Under the pieces are notes generated by a model. It worked only from the letters and a program-made list of their open reading frames with translations, searched no databases and was not told where the DNA came from. Shown here piece by piece: positions 13,440 to 24,200 of a DNA stretch of 64,000 nt (its first letter is position 1; the number at the start of each line of letters is the position of its first letter). The translations under genes and the position numbers were made by a program. This DNA comes from Camelus ferus (Eukaryota): the NCBI RefSeq assembly GCF_009834535.1, contig NC_045697.1:62126001-62190000 (forward strand), read 5' to 3'.

Positions 13440-14200
13440 AAGAGGGAATGCCCCCGCCACAGGCAGTTGCAGGTCCCAAGGTCAAGTCTAGGACGCGGAA
13501 GGCCTGGGACCAGCCCGCCGCATTTCCCGGCCAGGCTCCTGCGCAGCACGTGACGTTGCTGCCCTCTAGTGGCCACAGTCAAAATCGCAGGGCACGCGGA
13601 GTCCCTGTTGGCGGGAGAACGCAAGAGAGAGGCAACGACCCGGGACCGTGAGCGGCTGGGGACACGGGGGTCGCTAAGGACAAAGCTCACGGCACAAAAG
13701 GAATGGGGTAAGAAACCACTTGGATGAGGAAACGTTTATTAGCCTTTCCTGCACTTCTTGGTGATGGGGCGGGGAGGGAGGCGCGGACAAACGGTCTAGG
13801 CCAATTAGCCAAAGAAAGTAACGGCTATACTCGGAGCCACAAAAACACCCGAGCCTGAGTCAGCCCCATGCTATGGATTCAGACCTGTTGTAACCTGCCA
13901 GGCACAGACCATCAGTAGATGGTGCGGCACCGCGGGCATCAGGGAGTGGGGAGGCGCTGGCTACCTGTGCCTCGCAGCCAAGCACAGGGAAGACGCGGAG
14001 GGGTAGAGTGGGGCTGGCGCCCGGAGAGGAGGCATCGGCTGCACGATGCTGCCATCTACCGGGCAGGTCCGGGAATGCTCGGCCTGGGCCGCGCTCGCCC
14101 GAAGGGCCCGTATACTTCAATGCAGCGCATCCCGCTCAACCTTCGCACCCAGGTCTGTCCTTCCCGAGCGGTTCAGGCTGAGCAACACTAAAACCTAGTG
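13440..14200. promoter_or_regulatory. Orphan CpG-rich island with CTCF, E-box/CRE, GC-box, CCAAT and AP-1 motifs
   Basis: Local CpG enrichment; CACGTG 13547-13552 overlapping TGACGT 13551-13556; CTCF 13559-13575; GGGGCGGGG 13766-13774; CCAAT 13801-13805; TGAGTCA 13856-13862. Confidence 0.7.
13559..13575 (-). promoter_or_regulatory. CTCF binding motif
   Basis: Minus strand reads TGGCCACTAGAGGGCAG, a near-perfect match to the CTCF core consensus. Confidence 0.75.
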
Positions 14201-15521
14201 CCTCACATAGCAACTCAGGAAAACATGCATGCGTTTTGAGTTTGGGGTGTCACTGGTTTGGGATTTTCCACCTTAAAACAAGGAACTTTTTAGGAACGGA
14301 AGCGCTCCCATGGCCAAATGAGGTGAAATCTCCAATAAGTGTATAAAACAAAGAGCAGATTGGTCCCTGGGGTCTGGAATGGTGTGGGTGGCAGTGTTAG
14401 GGGCCAAGGTCACTCTCAGCCTTACAAATCTGTGACGTGCATGGAAAGAGGGTGTGGGTCTTAAGTCTCTTTGCTTCTCTGGGCTCAGTTTCTCCATCTG
14501 TAACACGGCAATAAAGTTGGCCTCACAGGGATGCTTGGAGGATCAGCCACGCTGACCCTTGTGAAAAGCGTGGAAAGTGTAAAACTACATGTCATCACGA
14601 TGTGTGAGCAAGTGCAAACTCCTGTTCCTCAAACCAGAGGAGACTGAGCAAGATGTCCCGCATCCCGCAGTGGCTGGTGGCGAGGGGAGAATCTACCCAG
14701 GGGAGAATCTGAGAATCCCCATTCCATCTTCCCAAATGCTGTTTTCCTGAATGCTTCTCCCACACCACCCCTAGCAGCCGTGTAAGGAAGGATTAAAGCG
14801 CTTTAGTAGAAAGCTTATCTCTTTTCCTTGAGAGAGAAAGATGAAGGCATTCGGGCTTTGGAGTTGTGTTAAGTCCAAATGTATGTTGGTCTTACTGGTA
14901 GTAGCTAAACAGAACAGATGCTACACATTTTTGCAGTGAGCACCATTTTCTCCATATTGCAAAAGAGAAAACTGAGGTTCGTAGAGGTTAATTTGCCCGT
15001 GGTCACAAAGCAAGTAAGTGATGGGTATAAAACTCACAGATGGGGGAGAAAGAATCAATAACTTTGAACAAAGCCAGCCTTGGGCATAAGCAGGATATAG
15101 GCCCGTCCATCACATCTTTTCAGACACAATATGAGAACTTCCCTGCCTTAAAAAAAAAAAAAAAAGCACTTTCCTCTGCCTGCATATAGAGAAAAGGTTA
15201 CCATTGGAGAGTAATTCCTCAGGTTTAAGACATTTTTGTTCTCTTTTTTGAAAAGCAAATTTTCCTGAGAATGGTAATGACTTTAAGCTTTTTTAGTCAT
15301 TTATACCTAAGTAAGAAAAAGTTTATTACATTCTTCCCTAGAGAGCAGCTTTTGATAAAGAGAAGGATGGAAAGCACAGAGAGAATCTGAATGCTCAGAG
15401 GGAAGAAAAAGGAAAGGGTTACAGAAAGAAGGCAGGTTGCCCAAAATTGTCCATTTCACTGTTTCATCTAGAGTTTGGCTTTGAGGATGGGATATGGTTT
15501 TGGTGCCAAAACATCACATAC

Positions 15522-16354
15522 TGGAAAAGAACAAAGTTGGAGGGCCCACATTTACTGGTTTCAAAACTTACTGCAAAGCTACAGTAATCATGACATACGT
15601 TTGGTATGAAGGATTGACATATAGATAAAATTGGAGTCAGAAATAAATTTTAACATGTATGGTCAACTGAGTTTTGACCAAGATGCCAAGAAAATTCAAT
15701 GGGGGTGGAAATAGTCTTTTCAACAAATAGTGCTGGAAAAACTGGATATCCACATGTAAAAGATTGAAGTTGGACCATTTACTTACACTATATATAAAAA
15801 TTAACCCAATATGGATTATAGACCTAAATCAGAGCAAAAATATAAACTCTTAGAAAATATAGGAGTAAGTCTTCATGAACTCAGGTTGAGCAAAGACTTC
15901 TTAGATACGACATCAAAAGCACAGGCAACAAAAGTAGAAATAGATAAACTGGACGTAAAATTTAAAACTTGTACTTCAAAGGACACTCTCAAGAAAGTGA
16001 AAGGATGCCCTACAGGATGGGAGAAAATATTTGCAAATCAAGTATCTGATAAGGAAATTGTATCTAGAATATATAAAGAACTCATATACATCAACAATTA
16101 AAAAGACAGTGCTCACTTCAGCAGCACATATACTAAAAAAATTGGAAGGCTACAGAGAAGATTAGCATGGCCTCTGTGCAGGGATGACACACAAACTCGT
16201 GAAGTAGTCCATATTTTTTAATAATAATAATAATTAAAAAGACAAGCCATTGTTAAAATGGGCCAAGTATTTGACTAGACATTTCTCCAGAGAAGATATA
16301 CAAATAGCCATAAGCACATGAAAAGATCCTCAGCCTCATTAAGCCATCAGGGAA
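15522..16354 (+). mobile_element. L1 ORF2 3' fragment (older subfamily), interrupted by a U6 retrocopy
   Basis: ORF 15811-16101 (LLEENIG-like, GWEKIFAN.VSDK..VSRIYKEL); L1 sequence resumes collinearly after the U6 TSD. Confidence 0.9.
16109..16219 (+). pseudogene. U6 snRNA processed pseudogene (full length) inserted into an L1
   Basis: GTGCTCACTTCAGCAGCACATATACTAAAAAAATTGGAAGGCTACAGAGAAGATTAGCATGGCC...CCATATTTTTT; (AAT)n tail; 13-bp TSD AATTAAAAAGACA at 16096-16108 and 16232-16244. Confidence 0.95.
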
Positions 16355-16364
16355 CCCACTCACA

Positions 16365-16574
16365 CCCAGCCAGATGTGCGTGAAGACGCCTGTGGATGAT
16401 TCCAGCCCCCAGCCAATCAGCTCTTCCCCCCCAGACATGGTGGAGCAGACAGGTCATCCCTGTACGTGCCCCCCGAATCCCTGGCCCATAGGATCCATGC
16501 AGATAAGGACATGGGTGTGGTTTTACCTCCTAAGTTTGGGGTAGTGTGTAATGCTGTCATATATGACCAGAACA
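16365..16574 (+). mobile_element. MaLR MLT1 (H-like) LTR 3' part
   Basis: GATGATTCCAGCCCCCAGCC...CTAAGTTTGGGGTAGTGTGTAATGC...ACCAGAACA. Confidence 0.65.
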
Positions 16575-17473
16575 TCATTCCAACGTAAGTGTTCAGACTC
16601 TGTCCCTCTGTGAACCTGACCAACTAGGACCAAGGAACAAGAGACATAGGAGCCTCCCTATGACAATTATCCACCACAGCAATAGAAACCATCAATCTGT
16701 TGTGTGCTAGAGTGATGCTAGGGGCTTTCTATACTTTATCACTAATCCTCCTGGCAGCCTACCTAGTGTGCGGTACAAGCCCATTGTACAGACGAGGCAG
16801 CTGGGGTCAGGCCATTTTGAATGACTGCCCAGGGGCACATAGACAGTAGATGGCCAGGACTGATATCCATGCTAATCTGACCACTCTCCCACCACATGCT
16901 TCCACCCACAATGTAGCACCCACACCCAACTCCACCCCCAGGCTCTCCACCAGGCATGCAAGACATTTTCTAAAGCTGCAAGCATGGCACTGAGGTGTAG
17001 AAAGAAGGATGACATTGTCATTTCCCTGTCAAAACTTCATAAAACGTGCAGAACGCCAAGTGGCAGCGGTGTTCAAGGCATTCATTTTCATTAATTCATC
17101 TTATCAAAAGAAACTTAAATAATAAAAAGGGAATAAGGGGAACTGAAAAACAGAGCAGATTTCACTTCTCTGGCCTCCCCTACCTGGAGTCAAAGACTGG
17201 TATAGGGACAGGAAGAGCCTTTCCACTCCAGACCAGACTCCAGGTTTAGACCTGGCTGGGTCATTTCCTGCCCTGTATGTGCAAGGAAGGTGGCCAAGTT
17301 GTGGGAGATGATGCAGTGGGCCAGGCTTCTTTGGGAAAAGGCCAGGGTCTGCAGGAACCCTGAAGATGGTAGAGTAGATTCCATCCCTAGGTCTTTCTGT
17401 ATCAGCTCACCACCACGCCACACCCTCAAGCAGTTATATAATTATTCAGTATGTAAATTGTTTGTTTAATGTC

Positions 17474-17858
17474 TGTATCAGTCAGGATTCTCCAGAGAAA
17501 GAGAGTTATCTATTATAAGGAGTCAGCTCATGTGACTTGGAAGCTGAAAAATCTCAAGATTTGCAGTCAGCAAGCTGAAGCCCCAGGAGAGCAGATGGCA
17601 GAAGTTCCAGTACAAGTCCAAAGGTAGGAATGGGCTGGTGTCCAGCTCAGGGGTCAAGCTGCTGAAGTTCCTTCTCACTCAGCCTTTTTGTTCTACTCAG
17701 CCCTTCCACTGATTGGATGAGGCCCACCCACAATCTACTTTACTCACTCAACTCATTCAAATGTTAATCTCATTCCCAAACACCCAGAATATTCTTAGAC
17801 TAGATATCTGGACCCCCCCATGGCCCAGTCAAGTTGACACATAAAATTGCCCACCACA
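17474..17858 (-). mobile_element. ERVL MLT2 LTR inserted in an L2 3' end
   Basis: TGTATCAGTCAGGATTCTCCAGAGAAA...CCCAGTCAAGTTGACACATAAAATT..CCACCACA; 5-bp TSD ATGTC/ATGGC. Confidence 0.85.
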
Positions 17859-18227
17859 ATGGCATTGCCTCTACCAGACTATAAGCTCCCCAAGGCCAGG
17901 GACTAATTTTTTTCTTGTTCTCAGACATAGTCCCAGAATCTGACAAAATACTTCATCACCAGGAAGACGTCACATAAATATTTGTTGAGTGAATGAGGCC
18001 TGACCCCAGGAGGCTTCTTTGTTGACATTAAAGTGCCAAGTCCCCTATGAACACCCAATTATAAGCATGTGTACCTGCATATAAAATAACACCATGCTGT
18101 GAACTACCTCTTAAGTTTCAAAGTCCAAAGTGGGTGACCTACTCAGTCCCCACCAGTAACAGTGATGTCAACTGAAGAGGCAGAAGCCAAAAACAGAGTA
18201 AATGTATTCAGGGATACGGGTGACTCT

Positions 18228-18540
18228 AGAGTAATCCATTAGACATGTAATGTGAACCACTGGGGTATTTTTAATTTTCTAGTAGCCCAATTTTAAAAAG
18301 TGAGGAGCAGGTGAAATTAATTTTAATAATGTATTTGATATTATTATAAATGTAAAGTATACTTTTTAAATATAATTATTGTACCCAATATATCCAGAAT
18401 ATCATTTCAGCATATAATCCATCTATGGATTATGAATGAGGTAGTTTACCTTCTTCTTTCACACTAAACTTTTAAAATTCACGCAGCACTTCTCAGTTTG
18501 GATGAGTCACATTTCAAAGGCTCTGCAGCCATGTCCAGAG
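18228..18540. mobile_element. hAT-Charlie MITE (MER3/MER33-like)
   Basis: TTTTCTAGTAGCC...GGTGAAATTAATTTTAATAAT...CCCAATATATCCA...CACATTTCAA. Confidence 0.65.
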
Positions 18541-18949
18541 GACGGTGGAAGATGTCTGACCACTGGCAAGTGAGGACAGCAGCCTCCTCTGAAGCCCCGG
18601 TTGTTTAGCACCTGACTTGAATCTCCACGGGATTAAACGTCCATGTCCTCATGTCTTCTCTGATTTGAGAAAAATCAGACACAGTCACCATAGACCTGAA
18701 GTCTCTGGAGCCAGCTGGGGCCTGCCCCACTGTTCACAAGTGGTGAGACCTGGGACAAGTCACTCAGCCTCTCCAGGTGCTGGTAGACTCACAAATGAAA
18801 TGAAACATTGCTGGGACCATCAGGCCTCAACACCGTCAAACCTGATGCTCCGCTCTTTCTGCACAAGGATTCCAGGCTGACATCCCCAAACATGGAAGTA
18901 AACTGAGGCCCTGCTACTGGCTTCTTCCGCAGAATATCTGAGGCTTGAC

Positions 18950-19325
18950 TTTAAAAAGAAGAAAATTCTATAATGAGCAACAATATGGATGGACCTGGGG
19001 GACAGTATGCTAAGTGACATAAGCCCAGACACAGAAAGACAAGTACTACATATTTCCATTCATATGAATTATCTAAAATAGCCAGCCTCGTAACCACTAG
19101 GACTGGAATGACAGTGGCCGGGGGCCGGGGGACAAGGAGAAGGAAATGAAGTTAATAATCAACTGGCATAAATTTTCAGTTTTTCAGTTAAACCCGATGA
19201 GTAAGTGCTGAGGAGGGCTGCACAACACTGGGCCCGTGGTCAGCAATAATACGCACACTTGAAATCTGTCAGGAGGATAGATCTCATACTAAATATTTTT
19301 ACCAAAATAGAACATTTAAAAAGAA
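18950..19325 (+). mobile_element. L1 3'UTR fragment (L1MA/MB-like)
   Basis: CAACAATATGGATGGACCTGGGGGACAGTATGCTAAGTGACATAAGCC...GGATAGATCTCAT. Confidence 0.8.
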
Positions 19326-21974
19326 TGGCTGAGTCTTGAAATGGTGTCTGAAAGGGAGTCCCCACTTCCCAAGTCCCCTCCGTGGGGTTCCTGAGGGAAG
19401 CCAGTGCAGGAGAGGCCCCCGTGTGGTAGATCGTACGGTCGCCATCCATGGAGGGAGCTGGTGGGCTTTCCCAGCCCCTGATATGCTCGTGGGCTTGCAG
19501 CCCAGGCGCGGAGATTTCACATACAGCAAATCAACTGCCAGAACACAGGATTAGCGATCTTCTCTCTAACGTGGCCAAAAGATACATATGCTCTCACTCT
19601 CTCTGCCATTTTTGGAACCATCCCCAGAGCTCAGAGGGATGTGGCCTGGGACACCCAAAAATGCAGGCATCTTCAGGGAGTGATGCCAGGATCGGTCATA
19701 TTAGGAAGACAATCGCAGACACATCTGGGGCCCTAACAGCTGCTCCCAGTCCTCTGCCGATGATCTGGCTTCCCATTATCTGCACACCTACCATGTCCTC
19801 CCGAGAGCAGCTTCTGAATGTCAGAGGCATTTAGAAATCAGCCGTCTTCTCCTGTTTTCTATTTCATACATTGGCTTCCCAGCACCTTTGACATTAACCT
19901 CCTCCCAAATATTACCTAATCCGTGTTCCCATTCATGATCCGACAGCCTCTTTATCTTTTAGAGAGGTAACAGAGGGGAAAGAAATGAGCCCGACTGGCT
20001 TTTTTGGCTGCCCACCTTGTTCTTGGAAATCCATTAGCAAGGCAGCCAAGCCTTCTCCCCTGTTGTTAGTACCAGCTGGCAGGCCACAGGCCGACGGTGC
20101 ATTCACCAGCATCTGGGCTAGTCTATTCAGCAGAATAAAGCCTGGCTTCTCTCTATCAAAGTAAAAGAGGAGTTATGGGTAACTGGCAAATAACCTGAAT
20201 GAGACAAAAGATGTTGAAGAGATTTCCTGCTTACGTAGAACCGTGCAGAACAGCAACTGAAGCCACACCACTTCTAGGTCCCCTGCAGAGGAGCTGCAAG
20301 CTCTCACAACTGTGGGGAGATGGAAGCTCCAGAAGGAGCAGGTGCAAGAGAAGCAGGCAGATAGAGAATGGAAAGAGGATGGAGAAAAGGTTAAAAAAAA
20401 AAAAAGTGTATGGTTCTAGTGGCCTGGAGAAAGCATGTTTGTTGGATGCCTACGCGGTAGATGTGAAGATAAGCCTTCCAACCCAGCCTGCAGGGAAGGC
20501 CTTGACGCTTTGCTGCAGGACTGTGGCCAGCAGGCAGCCTCCAGACATCAGCTTACGGTTTGCCTCTGATGCTGCGGGAGCTGCCTCACTCGGGAGTACG
20601 CCCTTCCCCGGGGCAGCCACGTCAGGCAGGTGCATGAGGCAAGGATAGAGAGGGCTGACCATTGCAGCCCATCCTGGGACAGCTTAGATGCGCAGCACTC
20701 ACTCCGGGTCTCTGGAGAGACAGCATCGCAGCTCAGCTTTCCCTCCGCCCAGGCCTGCTCCCTCCCCTTGCCACACACAGGAGCAGATCCCTAGTAAAGG
20801 TCTTGCATCTCAGTGTCTGCACCTGAAAAACCCCGCCTGCAGTGGCCTGGCTTTGATGGTGCATTACCCCTCTCAGTCTGCACTGTTGTGGGAGAGATAT
20901 CTGTAGATTTCCCTTTTACAATTGAGGAAACCAAGGCTCTAGGAGGTTTAGTAACTTCCCCTGGGATCACATGATGGTAGAACTCGAGTTGAACTCAGTC
21001 AATCCAGCACCAGCGTTTGCTACCACAGGGGGCTTGCTAATTAGAAGACCCTCCACATTAATTGCTAATGAGCTAAAGTGTGCCAGAAAGTCTGGGAAGG
21101 ACTGAGCCCCTTTAATGGGAAGAGCAGAGACAGGAGAAACACTACAGACTCCCTTTTCAGTGAGATTTCAGGATTTCTTGGAAGGCCCCCTGCCCCACAG
21201 TACTCCTCCCACCAGGCCAACTGTTGACCACCACGGTCCCAAACTTGGCAAGAAAAATGAATACATAATGCCGAGAAGAGTATTGCATTTACTTCGTGTG
21301 TTTGTGTGGTTAGGTCTGCAAGCCCCCAGGCACCCCTTTCTGTACTCCTTCCTCTCATCCTATGTTTTGCCTTTTATTCCTACGCTGCCACGGAGAGACA
21401 TGATCTGATCAACGAACTCCTTCAGAATGACATGCAAACAACGTGTGTGCATTCTGCAGGATAACTTAGGAAGTGGTGAATGTATCATCCACGCACTGGG
21501 GTTCCAGGTTGGGAAGATATTTTAAAACAGGAGGATCATGATATTTGCTGTCGCCTAATGGAGTTGCATTTGCAAGTCCAACACTCCCACAGCTGTTTAT
21601 TTCTTTCTAGTTATGGTGCCCGTAATTGAGATAAGGTAGATAATGGTCCTTTAGTAATTGTGTAGTGGTAAAAATAGCTATTCTTTACACAGGCATGGTT
21701 AACAGAGCCCGAATAGAATTCTTCATTAAGCAACATCATTAAATACTAGTCTCTAAAATATAACACACAATTAAAGGAAGGTTTTTTAAGAGAAATAAAT
21801 AAAGTCATTTGAAATCTAATTTACTAGTCCTTTTAACAAGTGCTTAACCTAAGCTCAGCTTCCCTCCGGCTGGATAACGATGGCCCTGACTCTTTCAATT
21901 TCTAACACTGTGACGCTGCTCTAGCAAATATCTGAGTTTCACAGGCCCTGATGCTGGCAAGTCTCTGAATCCAG

Positions 21975-22484
21975 GGAAGGGGTCCGGAATTTGCCACCCC
22001 CAAATATGCCACATTGGTGTAAGGATTATTTTGAGCTGAAGGCAACTGAGAGTCAACAGATGCAGGAATTTTTCTCTGCCCTCCTCTTACCTGCCTCCCA
22101 GCAGGGCATCCATTTCCCTTTGCGAAGGTGTTCCCCTTCCCATCCCATAGCAGGAAGAGAAGAGCATTCTTACACACTGAGAAGAGTTTGCATAAACACC
22201 CCTTACGAAATAACTGTATCCTCCATTGGTTCCCCCATGTGTCTCCTAGTCACTTTCCCATGATGTATATCCCTTGAAACCCAAGCCCACTTTCCTTTGT
22301 TAAAATCGTATTTAGGCCACCTAGTCTAACCACTTCTTTGAGTTGCACTTCTTTTTCTGTGAACTTGCATGCAAATAAAATATTGATAAAAATTTTTCTC
22401 TTGTCTGTCTATCTGTTGTTAGTTTAATTCACATGCCCCCAGAGACTGGACTTAAGAGAGTAGAGTAGTTTTTCTTTCCTACCA
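21975..22484 (+). mobile_element. ERV1-class solo LTR (MER34-like)
   Basis: GCCACCCCCAAATATGCCAC...GGATTATTTTGAGCTGAAGGCAA head motif; 4-bp TSD CCAG at 21971-21974 and 22485-22488. Confidence 0.8.
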
Positions 22485-22961
22485 CCAGCTACAAGCATCT
22501 TTTTTCCAAGCCAGAGAGCCTTTCGATTTCTGTTGAGTTTCCCTATCATGGGACTCAGGATTCATCCTACTGAACAGTGCAGGTTCTCCTCATTCTCTGC
22601 TTGGAAGGAAAGCACTTTCTGAATAATCTGCCTACTGAAAGGGCAAACCCATGATCCCCTGGCACATTCTGCTTCTGTAGCAGTGGAAACCTTTGAGACG
22701 TATGGAGAAAAGGCAAGCCCAGAAGTCAAGAGGTTTGGGGTCTCTCCTCTATGACCTCGGCAATAACCAATCTGGGGCTCAGTTTCCTTACAGCGGGCAG
22801 ATGGGGAAGGGATGGGAGAGGAGGGGAGAAGGGGAGGGAATGAAGTTGATTCGAGCCCCAGTTTTTCTGCTTACTCTCAAAGTCACCTTGAGCCAGCCCC
22901 TCACCTGTCCAAGTTTTAATTTCCCCATCTATAAACTGAGAGAATGGGAAGTTGCCTAGCT

Positions 22962-23146
22962 CAGTGCTTCTCAAGGTGTAGTCCTCCCTGCCAGTAGCAT
23001 CGCATCAGCATCACTGGGTAATTTATTAGAAATGCAAATATGTAGGCCTTGCCCAGACCTACTGAATCAGAATCTCTGGGATGCAGCTCAGAAATCTGTT
23101 TTAACAGAATTTCTAGGTGATTCTCACTCAAATTTAAGAACCACTG
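22962..23146. mobile_element. MER5A hAT MITE inserted in a MIR
   Basis: TIRs CAGTGCTTCTCAA...TTAAGAACCACTG; core AGACCTACTGAATCAGAATCTCTGGG; 8-bp TSD GCCTAGCT/GCCTAAAT. Confidence 0.88.
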
Positions 23147-23699
23147 GCCTAAATAATCTCACAGGTCTCTTCCAGATTAAAAACTTCAAACTCTTTTTGC
23201 CCCAACCTTAAGATATCTCTTTCTCCTTCTCAAAAAACAGAACAAACAAACAAACAACAACAACAAAAACACCTGCTCCAAACTTCTCTGCTCTCTACAG
23301 ATTACTAACTTTAAGGGACTTAAAATAAAATTTGCATTCAGTCATTCCCATAGCAACCTCAACAAAACGATTAAGATGCTTTTGTTTGTTAATACACCTG
23401 CTCCTTCTAAAGAGACAGGGTTCCTTTTTCAGTTATAAAACCAATCTTATCTAAGGATCTCTCTCAAAGACATTTCAGTAATACATAATTACAGTCCCAA
23501 CCAGCAGTGCAAAGAATGTCATTTAAATCATACCACCTAATTAGCCCTCTATGCCAACTCTTCTAAAGGCTAACTCTCAAGATGGAACACAGTCTGAACT
23601 CCCAAGTCCACATGATAGAGTCTGTCTCCATAGGAGCATTCCATCACCTTTACTATTGATTTCACACCTATCCATTGACTCTACTTTCAGAAAAAGCTG

Positions 23700-24200
23700 A
23701 AGCTGCCAACTCTAGTTGGTGAGCCACTCTGCCCAACTCTCAGACCGTGACGTTCTGGTGCAGCTGACTCCACACACAGCTCCAGGTTTGGCCAATAAAA
23801 CCCTTCATGGCCCTGGGCACTCAGACTGATTCAGAGATGGTCATGTGAACCATCAAGAACAAACAGACACTGACTGAAGCTTCCAGGATATTAACATGTA
23901 TTTTCTCATAGGACTAACATGATATTTCTCATAGGACTAAACCCTAAAATCTGAAATGATGAAGCCTAGAACACCACAGCTATTTTAATCCCACAAAGGG
24001 AAACTTGTCTGAGATGGAGCCACCAAAGAGGGAGTGGAGCTGAGGGGCCAGGAGAGAGAACCTGGGAGCCAGATGATATCCTTTCTGAGCCTGTATCCAA
24101 CCATGCCTGAAACCAGTTTTCCTCTGGACAGTTGGTACAAGGACCATTAAATTTCCTTTCTCCACTTTGGGTTGACTTTTCTATCACCTGACACCAAAAC
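23700..24200 (+). mobile_element. Old MaLR MLT1 (K-like) LTR
   Basis: GATGGTCATGTGA..., CCAACCATGCCTGAAACCAG...TTTGGGTTGACTTTTCTATCACCTGACACCAAA. Confidence 0.55.

Noticed and set aside
13178..14191. ORFs of 170, 67, 86 and 90 aa in the orphan CpG island
   Set aside because: No recognisable domains; consistent with GC-driven open frames.
15811..16354. U6-L1 template-switch chimera
   Set aside because: L1 lies on both sides and the TSD flanks only the U6, so this is a nested insertion.
22803..22838. G-rich tract with G-quadruplex potential
   Set aside because: Low-complexity purine tract with no supporting context.
23892..23940. Short two-unit direct repeats (23 bp here; similar at ~42043-42123, ~57671-57720, ~14683-14711)
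   Set aside because: Two-copy local duplications typical of slippage; no spacer array or CRISPR-like structure.
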